Origin: Eledone cirrhosa
Lineage: Eukaryota
Direction of reading: 5' to 3'
NCBI GenBank assembly: GCA_964016885.1
Contig: OZ024740.1
Location: 373,860,001-373,924,000, forward strand
Length of the DNA stretch: 64,000 nucleotides
Shown: piece by piece, positions 28,466 to 41,640 of the stretch
Layout: the number at the start of each line of letters is the position of its first letter
Position numbering within the stretch: position 1 is the stretch's first letter
The notes under the pieces: generated by a model
What the model saw: the letters and a program-made list of their open reading frames with translations, nothing else
What the model was told of the DNA's origin: nothing
The model's database searches: none
Program-made: the position numbers and the translations under genes

Positions 28466-28644
28466 GTCATACATCAAATTGTACTACAATGTCTTAAATT
28501 TATGGTGGACCAGTTAGTAACATTGGAATAAAAATGTTAGTCAGTTAGATATATTAAATTTGAGGAGTCCATGATGAGTTGGGAAATTAAAGAAATACTG
28601 GAAACACGCGTAATACCAAATACTATCAAATACAGTTTAATTAA

Positions 28645-28828
28645 TCATTGTTTCTACATTTGGCACAAGGCCAGCAATTACCCAGTGCATTACAGGTACT
28701 TTATTTTATCGACCCCGCAAGGATGAAAGCCAAAGTTAACCTCGACGGGATTTGAACTCAGACCGTAAATGGACGTACCTATCTTGGAAAGCATGGCGTC
28801 CGACCCTCTACCGATACTGCCAATCCAT
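28645..28828 (-). mobile_element. Meta-like tRNA SINE copy
   Basis: Reverse complement of the 8592-8780 family (ttttatcgaccccgcaaggatgaaagcc; ggatttgaactc). Confidence 0.85.
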
Positions 28829-29939
28829 CATACAGTTTAATTAATAATGCAAATTAATTAATATCCTGTTTCCATATGAATAAAGAACGACAAATATATG
28901 GGCAGTACACAAGAGAAAATGCAATATGAATCAATACAAATACATCCATTACCGCATATATCATTCACTTTAATTGCACCCTAATACAACGAATAATCGG
29001 AAGAGCTACCTCTTAATAAAATGGAGAAAATTGACCCGTAAAAATAAAACGCTAGGGTATAATACATACTCTAGAAATTTTACAGATGTAAATTATTCGG
29101 CTTTAATGAAAATCATACAAAAGATTAATCATAATATTTGTAATACAGCAGATAAACAACACTCCTTACATTATACGAATTTAATATCATTTTCCCCAAA
29201 ATAGATGAACATAAAGTTGTTCTTTTAACAGCTGGCAAAATGCATCAACATGTCATAAACCATTACTACCTATTGATACTTGGAAATAATACGGAAATTA
29301 AAACGCCTGTTTTGCATGAACAACACACCCGCCAAAAAGTGAATAAATTGCAGGTGAATTACATAATCCAACATTAAGATGCAAGCATGAAAGCAACATT
29401 TTCTAGTTGGTCTGTATATAAGAGTTATATGGAAAAAAAATCGTCGAAGAAAATTATAATATAACATATTGGGGTTAGGGATTGTAAATCATCCACATAA
29501 ACTATGCTACTTGTACAATATAACGAAGAAACAATAGACACCGGTGGGGCAAAACGAAATTCTGTTTGCTATGAAACATAACAAAAACAGTCGGTAAATA
29601 TGTACACAACTTGTAAACAGTGAAATGCAGAACAGATTTAGCAATATCTTTTCCTACAATAAAGACAATAATTCAATCCGCCAATTAAGCCAATTGACCC
29701 AATATGCAATAACAGGATGGTTGAATCCAAGAGTGCGTGGAGAAGTTCATGGATAATAATGCCATCACTTAGACAAAATCTAGAGAGATAAATAGCTTGT
29801 GCCTTTTTTCTATAACCAAGATAACTACCACATTTCCTTCACTACATTTCTTTTAGATTTATTGGGATTTTGTTCATGGCTTTCACTGTCAAATGTTCCA
29901 CATAGTTTCCAGATGTTGTCTTCCTGTTTCTTCTACAAC

Positions 29940-30568
29940 AACTCAAACAGTATGCGATGGGGCCCACCCTCAGCCCCGTCGGACAGAATGGAGAAGACGT
30001 TTCCCCGGAGGACGGCAAGGGAGATGCGCTGGAAAAGCCACTCCAACTCGCGGGGTTCACACATAGGGCTGGACAGCTCAGCGCTTATGGTGGTGAGTAA
30101 GGAGGTAGCCCTGGGGCCGAAGACACCAGAAGTCTCCACTGCCTGGGGTATGACCGCAAATCTGTCGGAGAGCGACCGGTATTTGAGGAGTTTGGCCCCC
30201 TCAGCCGGTAGTGCGGCAGAACCTTGGTCAGTCGCAGACTGCACCAGATTGCGGCTTCAGATATTGTCGGTACAAGTAGCATCCTAGACGAGGGATTTGC
30301 CACAGCGGAATGGGAAGATGGTGATGCTCTCTGGCCTTTCGCCATCCCCTCGATCCAGCCCCACCGGTTTCAGATGAGAAGGGAAGCCTGCAGCGTCCAA
30401 GCCATGCTTAATGACTTCGTTGTGGGCAGCATGGGGTGGAATGCGGCCGGCACTGTGGCGACAGCAAAGCGGGTGGAGGCCGAAAGAGTCCATGGAGGAA
30501 CCTCAGCGACATTGGTGTGTCTGGCCGATCAGGAGGCCGAGCTTCAGGGAAACGCCGATGCGCAGACT
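29940..30568 (-). pseudogene. 3' fragment of CRE-clade non-LTR retrotransposon (zinc knuckle + restriction-like endonuclease), frameshifted
   Basis: LRIGVSLKLG...HQCR*GSSMDSFGLHPLCC...DGERPE...KYRSL...IPQAVETSGVFG...LFQRISLAVLRGN; GC-rich island. Confidence 0.8.
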
Positions 30569-32829
30569 GCCAATATTTACTTTTACAATATTACAAACGT
30601 TAATTTACAGTGTACAAATATATTTGGAGAAATGTTAAACTTCATTATAGTAATGTTTGCAATATATATATACATACATATATAAAAAGTTACTTATACA
30701 TATATATATATTCGAATAGCAGCTGCGCTTGAAAAACATTTCCCCGTGATTGAAAACCATTACTAATACTATACACGTTTTTTTAAAAGATGCCCGCCAA
30801 AAAGATATTTAGTAACAAACAAACTCCGACACATAAGCACACCACGATAGAAATAATAAATTCCAATAGCAACTATGACAAATTTCTCTAAAGATAAATC
30901 TCTGAAAAATGTTGAGCTCCTCAAACACACACACACATATATATACACATGCACATAATTTTAAAAACATATTCCCAAAATAGATCTCTGCCTCCCAACA
31001 CAAATTATAACTGATCTCTTGACCACACTTTTAACACAATAGAGACACATACACACACACTTAGAAATATTCTTCCTATAGCACTGTTGACCTGATAAAC
31101 GGCCCTACTATCCTTCAGAGTATATATATATATATATAAATAAATATATGTCTCAGTAATTCTGAGAAGAGGAAATAGGAACAAACCTTCTTCAATCGTT
31201 ACTTTCGGATTTGTCAAGTTTAATTTAACATTTACTATTTGATAAAATGAATTCCATCAAAACCGGTAATATTGTATAGATCTTATAAAACCTTTTTTCA
31301 AAGAAATAGTTTCTCCTTTGTTTCTAAAATAACACATTTTGTCGGATTAAAGTAAAACAAATTCCTTATATATATTTCCGTTCTGTTCCCATTCTTACTT
31401 TTTTTGCTACTAATCGTGAGAGATGGGAGAGACGGAGGCAATGCCAGTATAAGTCTGGTTCCTTTATGTCTTGGTGTACATAGTTTATAGATATTTCCTA
31501 GTTTATATATACATATATATATACATTTATATATATATATACATATACCCAGGATGAATTAATGAAGCTGTATACAGTTCAGAGTGATATTATGGGTTCC
31601 CACGCAAATCCATTCATCCACTATGTAACATATTGTGTCTGCTCTGATATACAGGCTCGTATTTGCAACACTTTCTATAACTCACGTGGTAACGAATATG
31701 ACTTTGATTCTAAGATGAACATTATTATTACTAATTCGATTCTACGTATATATGCACTTCAGTTTTTGTTGTTTAAATCTCATCGGTTGAGATCTTCGGC
31801 GCGATTTTCAAACTGTTTGAATTAAACGGCAAATGTGTGTTTTGTTCTAGCGAGGTGATCTGCCCTACTTCCTCCTCACAAGGTCACGTCATGCTTCCCC
31901 AACCATGTAACGTATAGTATCCGTTCTATACAATATCAGAATAAAAACAAGGTTATATATTTACATTTATTCCATCATTTCTAGGTTCATTTCAATACGA
32001 CTATAATGGTCTATACATATGCAAAACAACTGGAAAGTATTAGTGAACAATTAACTAAACCATACATATTGCCTATAATCCCCATATACTCCGGAAATAT
32101 ACAAATAATATAAATAATGTTTAATAATCTCAAAAGATTTCAAGAATAAGGAACAACCATGAAAAACATTTAGCACACAGCAAGCAGTTCGAATCAAAAG
32201 CATGTTTTGCTTTAGAAAATCATGCAAGACTATAGGTTAAGTTGCTATTTCTATTTCTTTACAATTTAGAGGTGATAGGTTTTTTTTCTGTATGGTTAGA
32301 TTGAAATATGTTGGGTGACATTACAGGAGAGGAGTCCTATTAAATGTTAGTGAATGGGTTTTTGTACTGTTTATTTATCCTGAATTTTGTTATGATATTT
32401 CTTTATACAGTAGAATAAGTATTATTGATTAAGTTGTGGGAAATGTTCGTAAAAAGCAGCGCCAGACACATTTAGGTAGTAAACGTAATAGATAAAGAAA
32501 ATATACATAAAAAAAGAATATCTATAAAATCATAAAATATATGTAGCACATGCAGAGACGACCGTATTAATTAGTCATAATCAAATGCTAAAATACAATA
32601 TTACTTTCTAGGTTATTTGGCATTCTTTATGGCATTTTATTTACTATTCTTACTTCTTTTTTAAGCAGATTAAATGTTTTCTTTTGTCTTCATGTTATTT
32701 ATTGCTCCTGCGTTTGTTCAGTTTATATCTCTTGTTAAAAGATTGTCATTACACACAATCTATTTTTTGTTTGTATAATATGTCCCGATAGTATTTTTTT
32801 TTAAATATTGTTTATGTCATTATGGCAGT

Positions 32830-33008
32830 ATAGATAGAGGATGGGACGCCAAGCTTTGAAGCATAGAATTACTTCCCTTTAAGGTCTGAGTTCAAATCCC
32901 GCCGAGGTTAACTTTGCCTTTCATCCTTACGGTGTGTATAAAAATAAAGTACCAGAAAGGCACTGGGTATGTTGCTGGTCTTGTGCCAAAAGTAGAAACA
33001 ATTATTTT
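32830..33008 (+). mobile_element. Meta-like tRNA SINE copy
   Basis: gagttcaaatcccgccgaggttaactttgcctttcatcc...cttgtgccaaaagtagaaacaattatt. Confidence 0.85.
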
Positions 33009-33140
33009 AGTTTATATTAAGGAATATAGTAAGTGTGAATCAATGCTTCGTTTGAATTAGTGTACATTTATGCCCACAGATCAATACATATGCGCGTGCA
33101 AATATCATCATTTCCACGCATGCATTTATATATACCTCTG

Positions 33141-33174
<34 letters not shown>

Positions 33175-33246
33175 TATCCCGGGGAAAACGGCAGTGAGTA
33201 ACGGACTCAATACATAGCAGAGTATAACATATTTAATATAGAAATG

Positions 33247-33295
33247 GCTTCTACAGGACTAGAACTGTTTCATTCGGAGGAACTCATCAGGAAAC
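33247..33295 (-). ncRNA. Intact type I hammerhead with real stem III
   Basis: Minus: gtttc-CTGATGA-gttc/ctcc/gaat-GAAA-cag/ttctagtc/ctg-TA-gaagc; element bounded by (TA)n. Confidence 0.82.
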
Positions 33296-33318
33296 CTTTC
33301 CTGACGATTTCCACCGAA

Positions 33319-33361
<43 letters not shown>

Positions 33362-34142
33362 GTATGTGTGTGTATGTGTGCGTGTGTGTATGTATGTATG
33401 TATTAATATATATATATATATTTACATGTATTTGTATATATATATTTATATATATATATATATAAGCATACACATAATATCCAAGAAAGATATATACCAA
33501 GCAGAGTCTACCTCCACCGACTAGACCACCCATCTAAATCCTGGACCTAGGTCAAAGAGCCGCGTGAAAACCGGTTCCTGCCTCATGAAGCAACCTTCAG
33601 ATTTTCCGACAAAAGGAAATACATGTCACCCACCTCACAAATCACTTATGGAGACAGAGGAACAATGGCACGTGTTTTCCCATCAAATGGAGCATATTAG
33701 AACGATCTACCACCTACGTGAATGGTTCGAAATGTGTTCGACTCTGTAATCCTGAAAACAGGTCTATACTCTCACAACTAGCTTCAGATAAAGACTGCCT
33801 CAACACAGCTTCATTGCTTTGGTGGTTGTCTCCATAAGAAGAAGTACATTTTGAGTAAATGGCTAACAGGTCTTGAAGTATACTTTGATTTTCTGACTAT
33901 TTTCTATATCAGCGAAATTGGATTCTTTGAAAAAAATTATCGTTTATCTTCATTCAAACTTGACTGTAATCCATCAAGATGTACCTCCATTAATCTTACA
34001 TTCTAATTTCAAAAATAAAAATCTTTTCTAAATAATCTCTAGATTGCTTACCTTTACCTTTGTTTAAACACTTATGATGTATTCCTAAAAGGGGTGCACA
34101 CTCAAACCTCGGCGGCAATCTTTGTTTTTATGTTTCTTATGC

Positions 34143-34191
34143 CAGGCTGAAATAAGTTAGGATCCATAACCCAACGAAATTTTAGTACCTG
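34143..34191 (+). ncRNA. Decayed hammerhead-like motif
   Basis: cagg-CTGAAATAA-gttagg..acccaac-GAAA-ttttag-TA-cctg. Confidence 0.4.
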
Positions 34192-34288
34192 TTTATGTCA
34201 CTGTTGTAATTATGTTTAGTAAACTCATTCTGTGGACTGAGTGCTCTTACCCTTGTATATTTCCACCTAACGTTTGTTACAGTATATA

Positions 34289-34323
<35 letters not shown>

Positions 34324-35949
34324 CCATAAAGAAAAAGATTAACGACAAGTAATGTACCTAATGGAGGTGGAAGGGTTTTTGTATTCAAGGGATGTATGCA
34401 GTTAAATGATAAGGTGGATAAAAGAAGGATGTGAAGCATGATCACAGGTCATCTGTCAAATAGATTTCTAATTTGTAGCACGTATGCGTATTTATGTGTT
34501 TGCAAGCCAGTATCTGTGAACGCTTGGAGGCAACATTCACAATTTATAATAAATAATGTATGTGAACATATAGAAATGATGAACTACGTATGACAACTTA
34601 AAGAGAGACATTATAATATCATTAACGAGACAGTTATTGAAAGATAACTGCCGCGAAAAATGGAATGGAGCGGTGATGTGTGTACGGGAGGGCAAAAACC
34701 ATTCCACAATACCTGCATGAAAAATATTTCCATCTAAACACCACTTCATACATTTTTAGGTTGTGTACAGACTTTAAGAAATATGTGTTAATTAGCCAAT
34801 ATGTGTTAATTATGAAATATGTGTTAATTAGCCTTTATATTACTCATTTCCCCCATGTATTCTCAAACCTTCGTATTTTGTGAAGATATGCTTGCACCTC
34901 ACTCTTTTATTTCGCCTTTATTTTTCATTTCTTATTCGTCACCTCTCTACGTTCTCTTGAACTGTATTCCTTTTTATCATTCTGCCCTCTATAGTTAATG
35001 TATTTAGTTTTCATATATCTTTGTTATTAGACATTCAACCTGTCTTCTTACTATTCACGGTTATTTGTTGTCAACGGTTTTCTCACGATATCACTTGTGA
35101 TTCTTATACTTTCTTCTGAGAAAAACCTCATTCGTACAAGTAAAAAGCTATAAAAACGGGTAGATATGGAAACGTGCGATTTCCTTTAATTCTGTAAAAT
35201 TTGAATGGAAAATGAACGGTATATAAGGATTGTCACCGAGTAAAAAAACATTAGTCATTATGAAAATCTCTAATTTTTACCCCTTTATATAGAAGAAATT
35301 AACTAATATTGTTTCAACATTTAGCCTCCTCAACAGCAATCTTTATATCAATATCGTTTAAAACTTTAAATGATATTTACAATTATAGATTGTGATGCAA
35401 AATAAATATTTATATACAAAATTGGAAGACGCATGGCCATATGTTTATTAAATTCGTTTAACAAACAGTTTGTGAAATTCGCAAATCTCATTTAATATAA
35501 AGTTGGGTCATTCAAGGATTGTGAACCTAATTGAGAAGGGGAAATATTTGGCTGCATCTTTAATTCAGAGGGCCGAAATTACATGGATTGTATCTGAAAA
35601 TATTGCTATGTGTACGCGTGTAAGGTGAATTTTAAGCTATTTACATATTAAGACGATTGGATAATGAGTTAATAAAAATATGGAACAGTTATCTTCGGAA
35701 CCGACAGAGGCTCCAGCCATTCTATTCCATACACTATAGAAATAGATTAAAATGGCAATAACATTATATAAATGTGTACCATATTATCAGGGCGCTACTG
35801 GAAGGTAGGTAATCAGAAAAAGGTTGGATATTATATAAATATGTATATATAAATATATATATATGCTGAGGGCATTCGTTGGTTTAGCTGCTAGTCGAAC
35901 TTCGAATATGGTGTACATTCACTTGTATATATATATATATATACATACC

Positions 35950-36025
<76 letters not shown>

Positions 36026-36133
36026 TATATATATACAAGTGAATGTACACCATATTCGAAGTTATATATATATATAGTAATAATAAAGGTGAAAGCACCG
36101 ATTCGCTTAAACTTTAATCTGTTATTTTAATAA

Positions 36134-36168
<35 letters not shown>

Positions 36169-36221
36169 GAGAGAGAGAGAGAGAATTCAGAGGAATCAAA
36201 TCTATGTTCAAAGCATTTATT

Positions 36222-36268
36222 AACTTACAATTGTTTCATCCAAACCTACGCTTGGGGTATTCGGACCA
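36222..36268 (-). ncRNA. Decayed hammerhead-like motif
   Basis: Minus: CCGAATA-cc-ccaagc/gtag/gtttgg-at-GAAA-caattg-TA; palindromic loop 3, stem I poor. Confidence 0.35.
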
Positions 36269-36436
36269 TTTTTCAATGTTTGTACACATGATTAACCCCC
36301 TTTCCAACGCAAGAGACATACAGATACATATGTATATTTATAAGGTAGTAATTAATTACCGACCTTCACTGCTTAGGGTTGAAAATATATATAACTATAA
36401 CAAGTTTTAGTATATACGTAACCATAAATAGTATCC

Positions 36437-36519
<83 letters not shown>

Positions 36520-36527
36520 TATATATA

Positions 36528-36725
36528 GTAATAATAATAAATTTTGAAGACTAAAATCCAAAGAGGGCTCGATAAGGAAAATATATATGAAATATATAAG
36601 AACCGTAGAGCAAATATTTATTAAAATAACAGATTAAAGTTTAAGCAAAGAATCGTTGCTTTCACCAGTTAAGAATGAAAGCAGCGATTCTTTGCTTAAA
36701 CTTTAATCTGTTATTTTGATAAATA
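36528..36725. mobile_element. Minimal fold-back member of PLE family A (~55-bp arms, ~10-bp spacer)
   Basis: Same 5' tail as 13637/19036; aagaatcgttgctttca-ccagttaagaa-tgaaagcagcgattctt; a further fragment at ~36088-36135. Confidence 0.85.
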
Positions 36726-37283
36726 TATATATATATGGCTCTGAATGTGTGTGCGCGTATAGAAACATTTATCTGTAGGTAGATAGGGGCATATAATATG
36801 ATATATTCCCTGCACACGACATATATTTTGTGGACTTCAGTTTAATGCTGGCAAATACTAGGTCAAATTAAATATCAGTTTTCTTTTTGAGACAAACGTA
36901 AATGTTCCTGGTCACTGTGGTTAATATTCGAATAAAAATTAGAATTTGAAATGATTGCGGACATACTATCGCTCATGGATTTCTAGGCAATAATGTACAT
37001 TATTATTTTCTTTAATATTTCAAAGACCATATTTAAAATAACACGTGTAACGTTATTTTTTCATGTACATTTTTTGTTCACTTTTCTTCCTGAAAAAAGA
37101 TATTATCTGTATTTCTATTTTATATTTTGCGCATATTTATCAGAATGTTTAGACAATCTGTTAATTTTTATTTTCACGTAGATATATTGGATTAAAATCA
37201 TACGTTTACTTGGTCCTCCCATATGCATATCGCTACACCCACACACACAAATTTATATATATACATGTATATATATATGAAGT

Positions 37284-37346
<63 letters not shown>

Positions 37347-37360
37347 GCATATATATATAT

Positions 37361-37405
<45 letters not shown>

Positions 37406-39161
37406 TATTTATATATACATATATATATGCGTATGTGTGTGTGAATCATGTGTCTTTATAATGTCTTCAACTCCATAGTTTCTCAGATTTCAATGACATT
37501 CCAAATCCGTGAGGGCACAGTAATGCATACATACCTGGAAGAATAAATAATACATGTTATTAGTTAATATACATATATTTTATCTACTCATATACATATA
37601 AATATGGATGTGTGTGTGTGTATCTCCAATCATATGCACGTATGTTTACATGTGTGCGCATGATTGTGTGTACGTGTTTGTAAGCAGAATCCTGTTGTTT
37701 TTAAAGATATATAAACTTGCATATACATTCAAGTGCATATGAGCAATACACATATTGAAACAGAGACTACCTTGTACGTGCTCAAAATAAAATAAATATA
37801 CGGATTCTATTTATAATGAATTATCTCACAGAAGAAACTATTGCGAAACTAAATACATTAAAAGAAAATAGAAGATTCAAATGTGTAGTGACAATATTTG
37901 GAATCATATACAACAATGAAAAAGTTATGTAATATTTCAATATTTCAATGATCATATAAAGCAATCTCTTTTTTTAGTGTACATTTTTATTACCATTTAA
38001 TCAGAAACATCAACCCACTATACGGACATCAAGGCTGGTTATTGAAATGTATTCTCTAGCTATTTGAATAGAAGGAATGAGGGCAATGAAACAATAGGCC
38101 ATGCCCTTGGCCTGATCAGCTGATTTAGGTAATGTGATGGGTACGTTTGTAAAATCTGCCTTCGTCTTACTTCCTCTACTTCTTACCAAGTAACTCCGTA
38201 TTCTTAATGCCTAGAGCTAAAGCCAAACAAACAATTATAATGTTATTTTTTATATCTCCATGCAGTTCTTTTTTTCTTTTTTATTGTTTTTGCTAGGTTT
38301 TCATTATTATACTTTTAAGAATTCTTCATTGATTATAGAGTAATCCGCTTTTAGAAAAACAAATCGGATTTAGAATGTCTTTCGAATATTTTCTAATAAA
38401 CAGAATGAATCATCGTAATTTTCATCAGAATATGGTATTTAAAATGAACAGTTTGTATGTAAATATGAGCAATAATTGATATTGGACTTGATACAATATG
38501 TTTTAAATTATTTGCATTTATTCATACATTTTCTTAAAGAAGTAAAAAGGTATAGTGTCTCAGACACATACGACACAATCTGCTGGATTACATATACACA
38601 TCTATTTGAAGAAAAAGAAAGTCATCAAATTTAATATCTTGCACTTTAAGACAATTCCTCTCTAAATTTGAGACGTTGTTTCTTAGTTTGTCAGCTGTCT
38701 GTTCGTGTATATGATAAGGTTTCCATCTTTATATGCTGAATTATCCATTGGTGATTCAAAATTAGGGAATGCAGCTACATATTCAGTTAAACATATCCCT
38801 TTTTGAAACGTATGTATTTCACATGAGGAAAGTGCATCAGGCATCTACATACATTTTACAGCACTTGAGGTTACTTCAACTTAAATAAACCTAATGGGAA
38901 ATATATTTGTTAAGCGTTCATAACTTCCGAATTTCAAAATATGACCTGGAGACCAACACAGTGCACTTACAATAATGAGTTACTGGAATGACGAGAAGCC
39001 TGAAATGTTGAGTTTTCATTGTTTTATGGGGACGAAAGTATAACTTATTTTCATTGATGTCAATATTAAATTCGTCAATCAGAATATTCATATTATGTCG
39101 ACACATATTGACTTTTAATCAACACGGTGTCGTATATCATTATTTCGGTTGCGTTTCCAAA

Positions 39162-39351
39162 GGGCGGTGGATTAGCAGTATCAGTAGAGGGTCGGACGCC
39201 ATGCTTTCCAACGTAGTTAGGTCCCTTTACGACCTGAGTTCAAATCGCGCCGAGGTTGGCTTTGCCTTTCATCCTTACGGGGTCGATAACATAAAGTACC
39301 AGTAATTCACTGGAGAATTGCTGGCCTTGTACCTAAAGTAGAGACAATTAT
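39162..39351 (+). mobile_element. Meta-like tRNA SINE copy
   Basis: Same family as 8592-8780. Confidence 0.85.
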
Positions 39352-40035
39352 TTCGGTTGCGTTCTATATTTTGTAAATTATGACGATGTATCAGTATTGG
39401 TTTTTCAAGTAAAACATAACGTAAATATGTATCTCTTCGGACAATTGCCACATTTTCAAAGGGTGCGGACGTGTTGGGTTCATCAGGCATTTGAAGACAT
39501 CGAAGGCGTATTCAGAAATGTTGGAATCCGATGGGATAAAATTAATTTAGTTTATATTGAAATCAACCTTACGTTTTATCAATCAAAATTTATTTTTGGG
39601 TCAATTCCCTTTACGAAGCTCAAAGTCAGATTCTCTGATAAAGTAATACTATTTAGTTTCCTTACAAGAAATATTTTTCACAGAAAATTCACTAAAGTCA
39701 CAAAATGATTTTTCTTTTCGATACAGCAGCCAATATGACTCAATTGTAATTGGTTTATATCTCGTTATGAACGGATAGTAATGGTAAATCATTCTGCACC
39801 AGATATGTTCGATGTATCACGATTAACAGTGGATATCTTGCATTGACCAAAAGATGTTGGCGATTCTTAGGAACAAGATTCATACACAAAAGTAAGTTCA
39901 GAAGATGTATGCCATATGTATTGTATTTAAGAGAGAGAAAAGAAAGAAGTGATAGACTCAGGCAGAAGAAATATCCCAATTTCATAACTTTGAAACCGAT
40001 GTAGGTAATGTTTTTTTCTAGTGTCGATAAATTCG

Positions 40036-40190
<155 letters not shown>

Positions 40191-40411
40191 CTATATATAT
40201 ACGTATATATATATATAATTAGATGAACGTTAATACTCATCTTTTTCCATTTCTCCGAGGGTTCCTAACACCACTATCAGGCTGAGTAATTTCTTTAGTC
40301 AAAATCCGGCGATTGCTTATATTTGTAATTTCAAACTCGCTCGAAAATAGTCTTACTATATATATATATACATATATATATAGTTATGTAATAAACAAAA
40401 TAAGATAATTA

Positions 40412-40471
40412 TTTCGTTTACCAGTGGTTTCTTGAATGCAACCAAAATTGCTTTCATTCATCAGAATGAAA
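40412..40471 (-). ncRNA. Type I hammerhead ribozyme
   Basis: Minus: tttcatt-CTGATGA-a-tgaaagcaa..ttgcattca-a-GAAA-cc/act/gg-TA-aacgaaa. Confidence 0.72.
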
Positions 40472-40485
40472 AAAATCCAGGATTT

Positions 40486-40545
40486 TTTCATACTGATGAA
40501 TGAAAGCAATTGTGTTTGCTTTCAAGAAACCACTGCTAAATGAAA
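40486..40545 (+). ncRNA. Type I hammerhead ribozyme (stem III mismatch)
   Basis: tttcata-CTGATGA-a-tgaaagcaa..ttgctttca-a-GAAA-ccactgc-TA-aatgaaa. Confidence 0.65.
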
Positions 40546-41339
40546 TAATTATCTGATGTTGTTTATTACATAACTAATAAGCTCTGTAACCTACATAGAG
40601 CACTCTTTTTTCCTAGACTTTTCCGACGGAATCACTTCATATATATATATATATATATATAACAAACACAGATATGAAAATAGATAAACAATGTATGCCC
40701 TTCTTTGGACAAATTACACACCCTGATGTTACACAAAGTTAACCACCAAGGCTTTCGGCAATCAGTCTGGATCTACATGTATTGAAAGGCAAAGCTCGGC
40801 GTCCACTTTTTTATAATATAACCATACTCAACTACACCTTATATCGTTTACTCTTGTATCAGTTGCAAACTGATTCCCTCCTGTAAAATCTATATACATT
40901 TGGTTGGGAAGTTTATATTTAACGTTTGTGTTTTAGATGAAATTTCTTTAGATGCGAATACTCTGAGATGTGGCGAAGAAATATACTGATACAGTAATAG
41001 AAGGTTTTTCTCTATTTCTCTCGTAATATATTGATAACAATTATAGTGTTCTTATTTTCGTATAAAAATAGAAGTCCATTAATAAATCATATCTGTTAAA
41101 ATGACGCTGATGGCACTTTTGAAATTAGTCACATCAATAATTATACCATCGAAAGCACGAACAAGTGTATTGATCAGTGTAATAATTTCAATGAATCTCT
41201 TCAATACATCACAAGTGGTATGTTTTAACAACTAGTATATCATAAACAAGAAATCGGAGTTCTTGGGTATTTGAAATAATTATTTAAGACCTACAACATA
41301 ATACGATACGTTCTTTACCTCTTGATTCTGCAAATCTAA

Positions 41340-41640
41340 TATCAGCCGTATGTGTCGCGCTTTAGCAGATGCAAGACAAGTTCTATCGTATTGATCGATG
41401 TCATTTAAGTACAAACAATAATGACCAATGTAAGCGATTGTGACAGAGTGATTGACGGGTCTCGCAGATTGTAATTAACACATGATAAGTAGTAATAATA
41501 TAAACACAATATGTACCCGAAATCTTCATTACACTTGGTCTACAATATTCAAAATGGCTGAAGCCATATATCAATCGAAATTTAGTATGTTCACACTGCT
41601 ACCAGCAATGCAATTTGAGGTAGTGTGCATAGGATTACGT
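41340..41640 (-). pseudogene. Possible ancient CR1/L2-type RT remnant
   Basis: Minus translations GSSVNILNFD*YMA and GHYCLYLNDI weakly resemble VDxIYLDFxKA and GPLLFLIYINDI. Confidence 0.3.

Larger units (their letters stand above)
40381..40576. mobile_element. Near-perfect palindrome carrying two divergent hammerheads
   Basis: Arms 40381-40478 / 40480-40576; TA-rich flanks. Confidence 0.8.
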
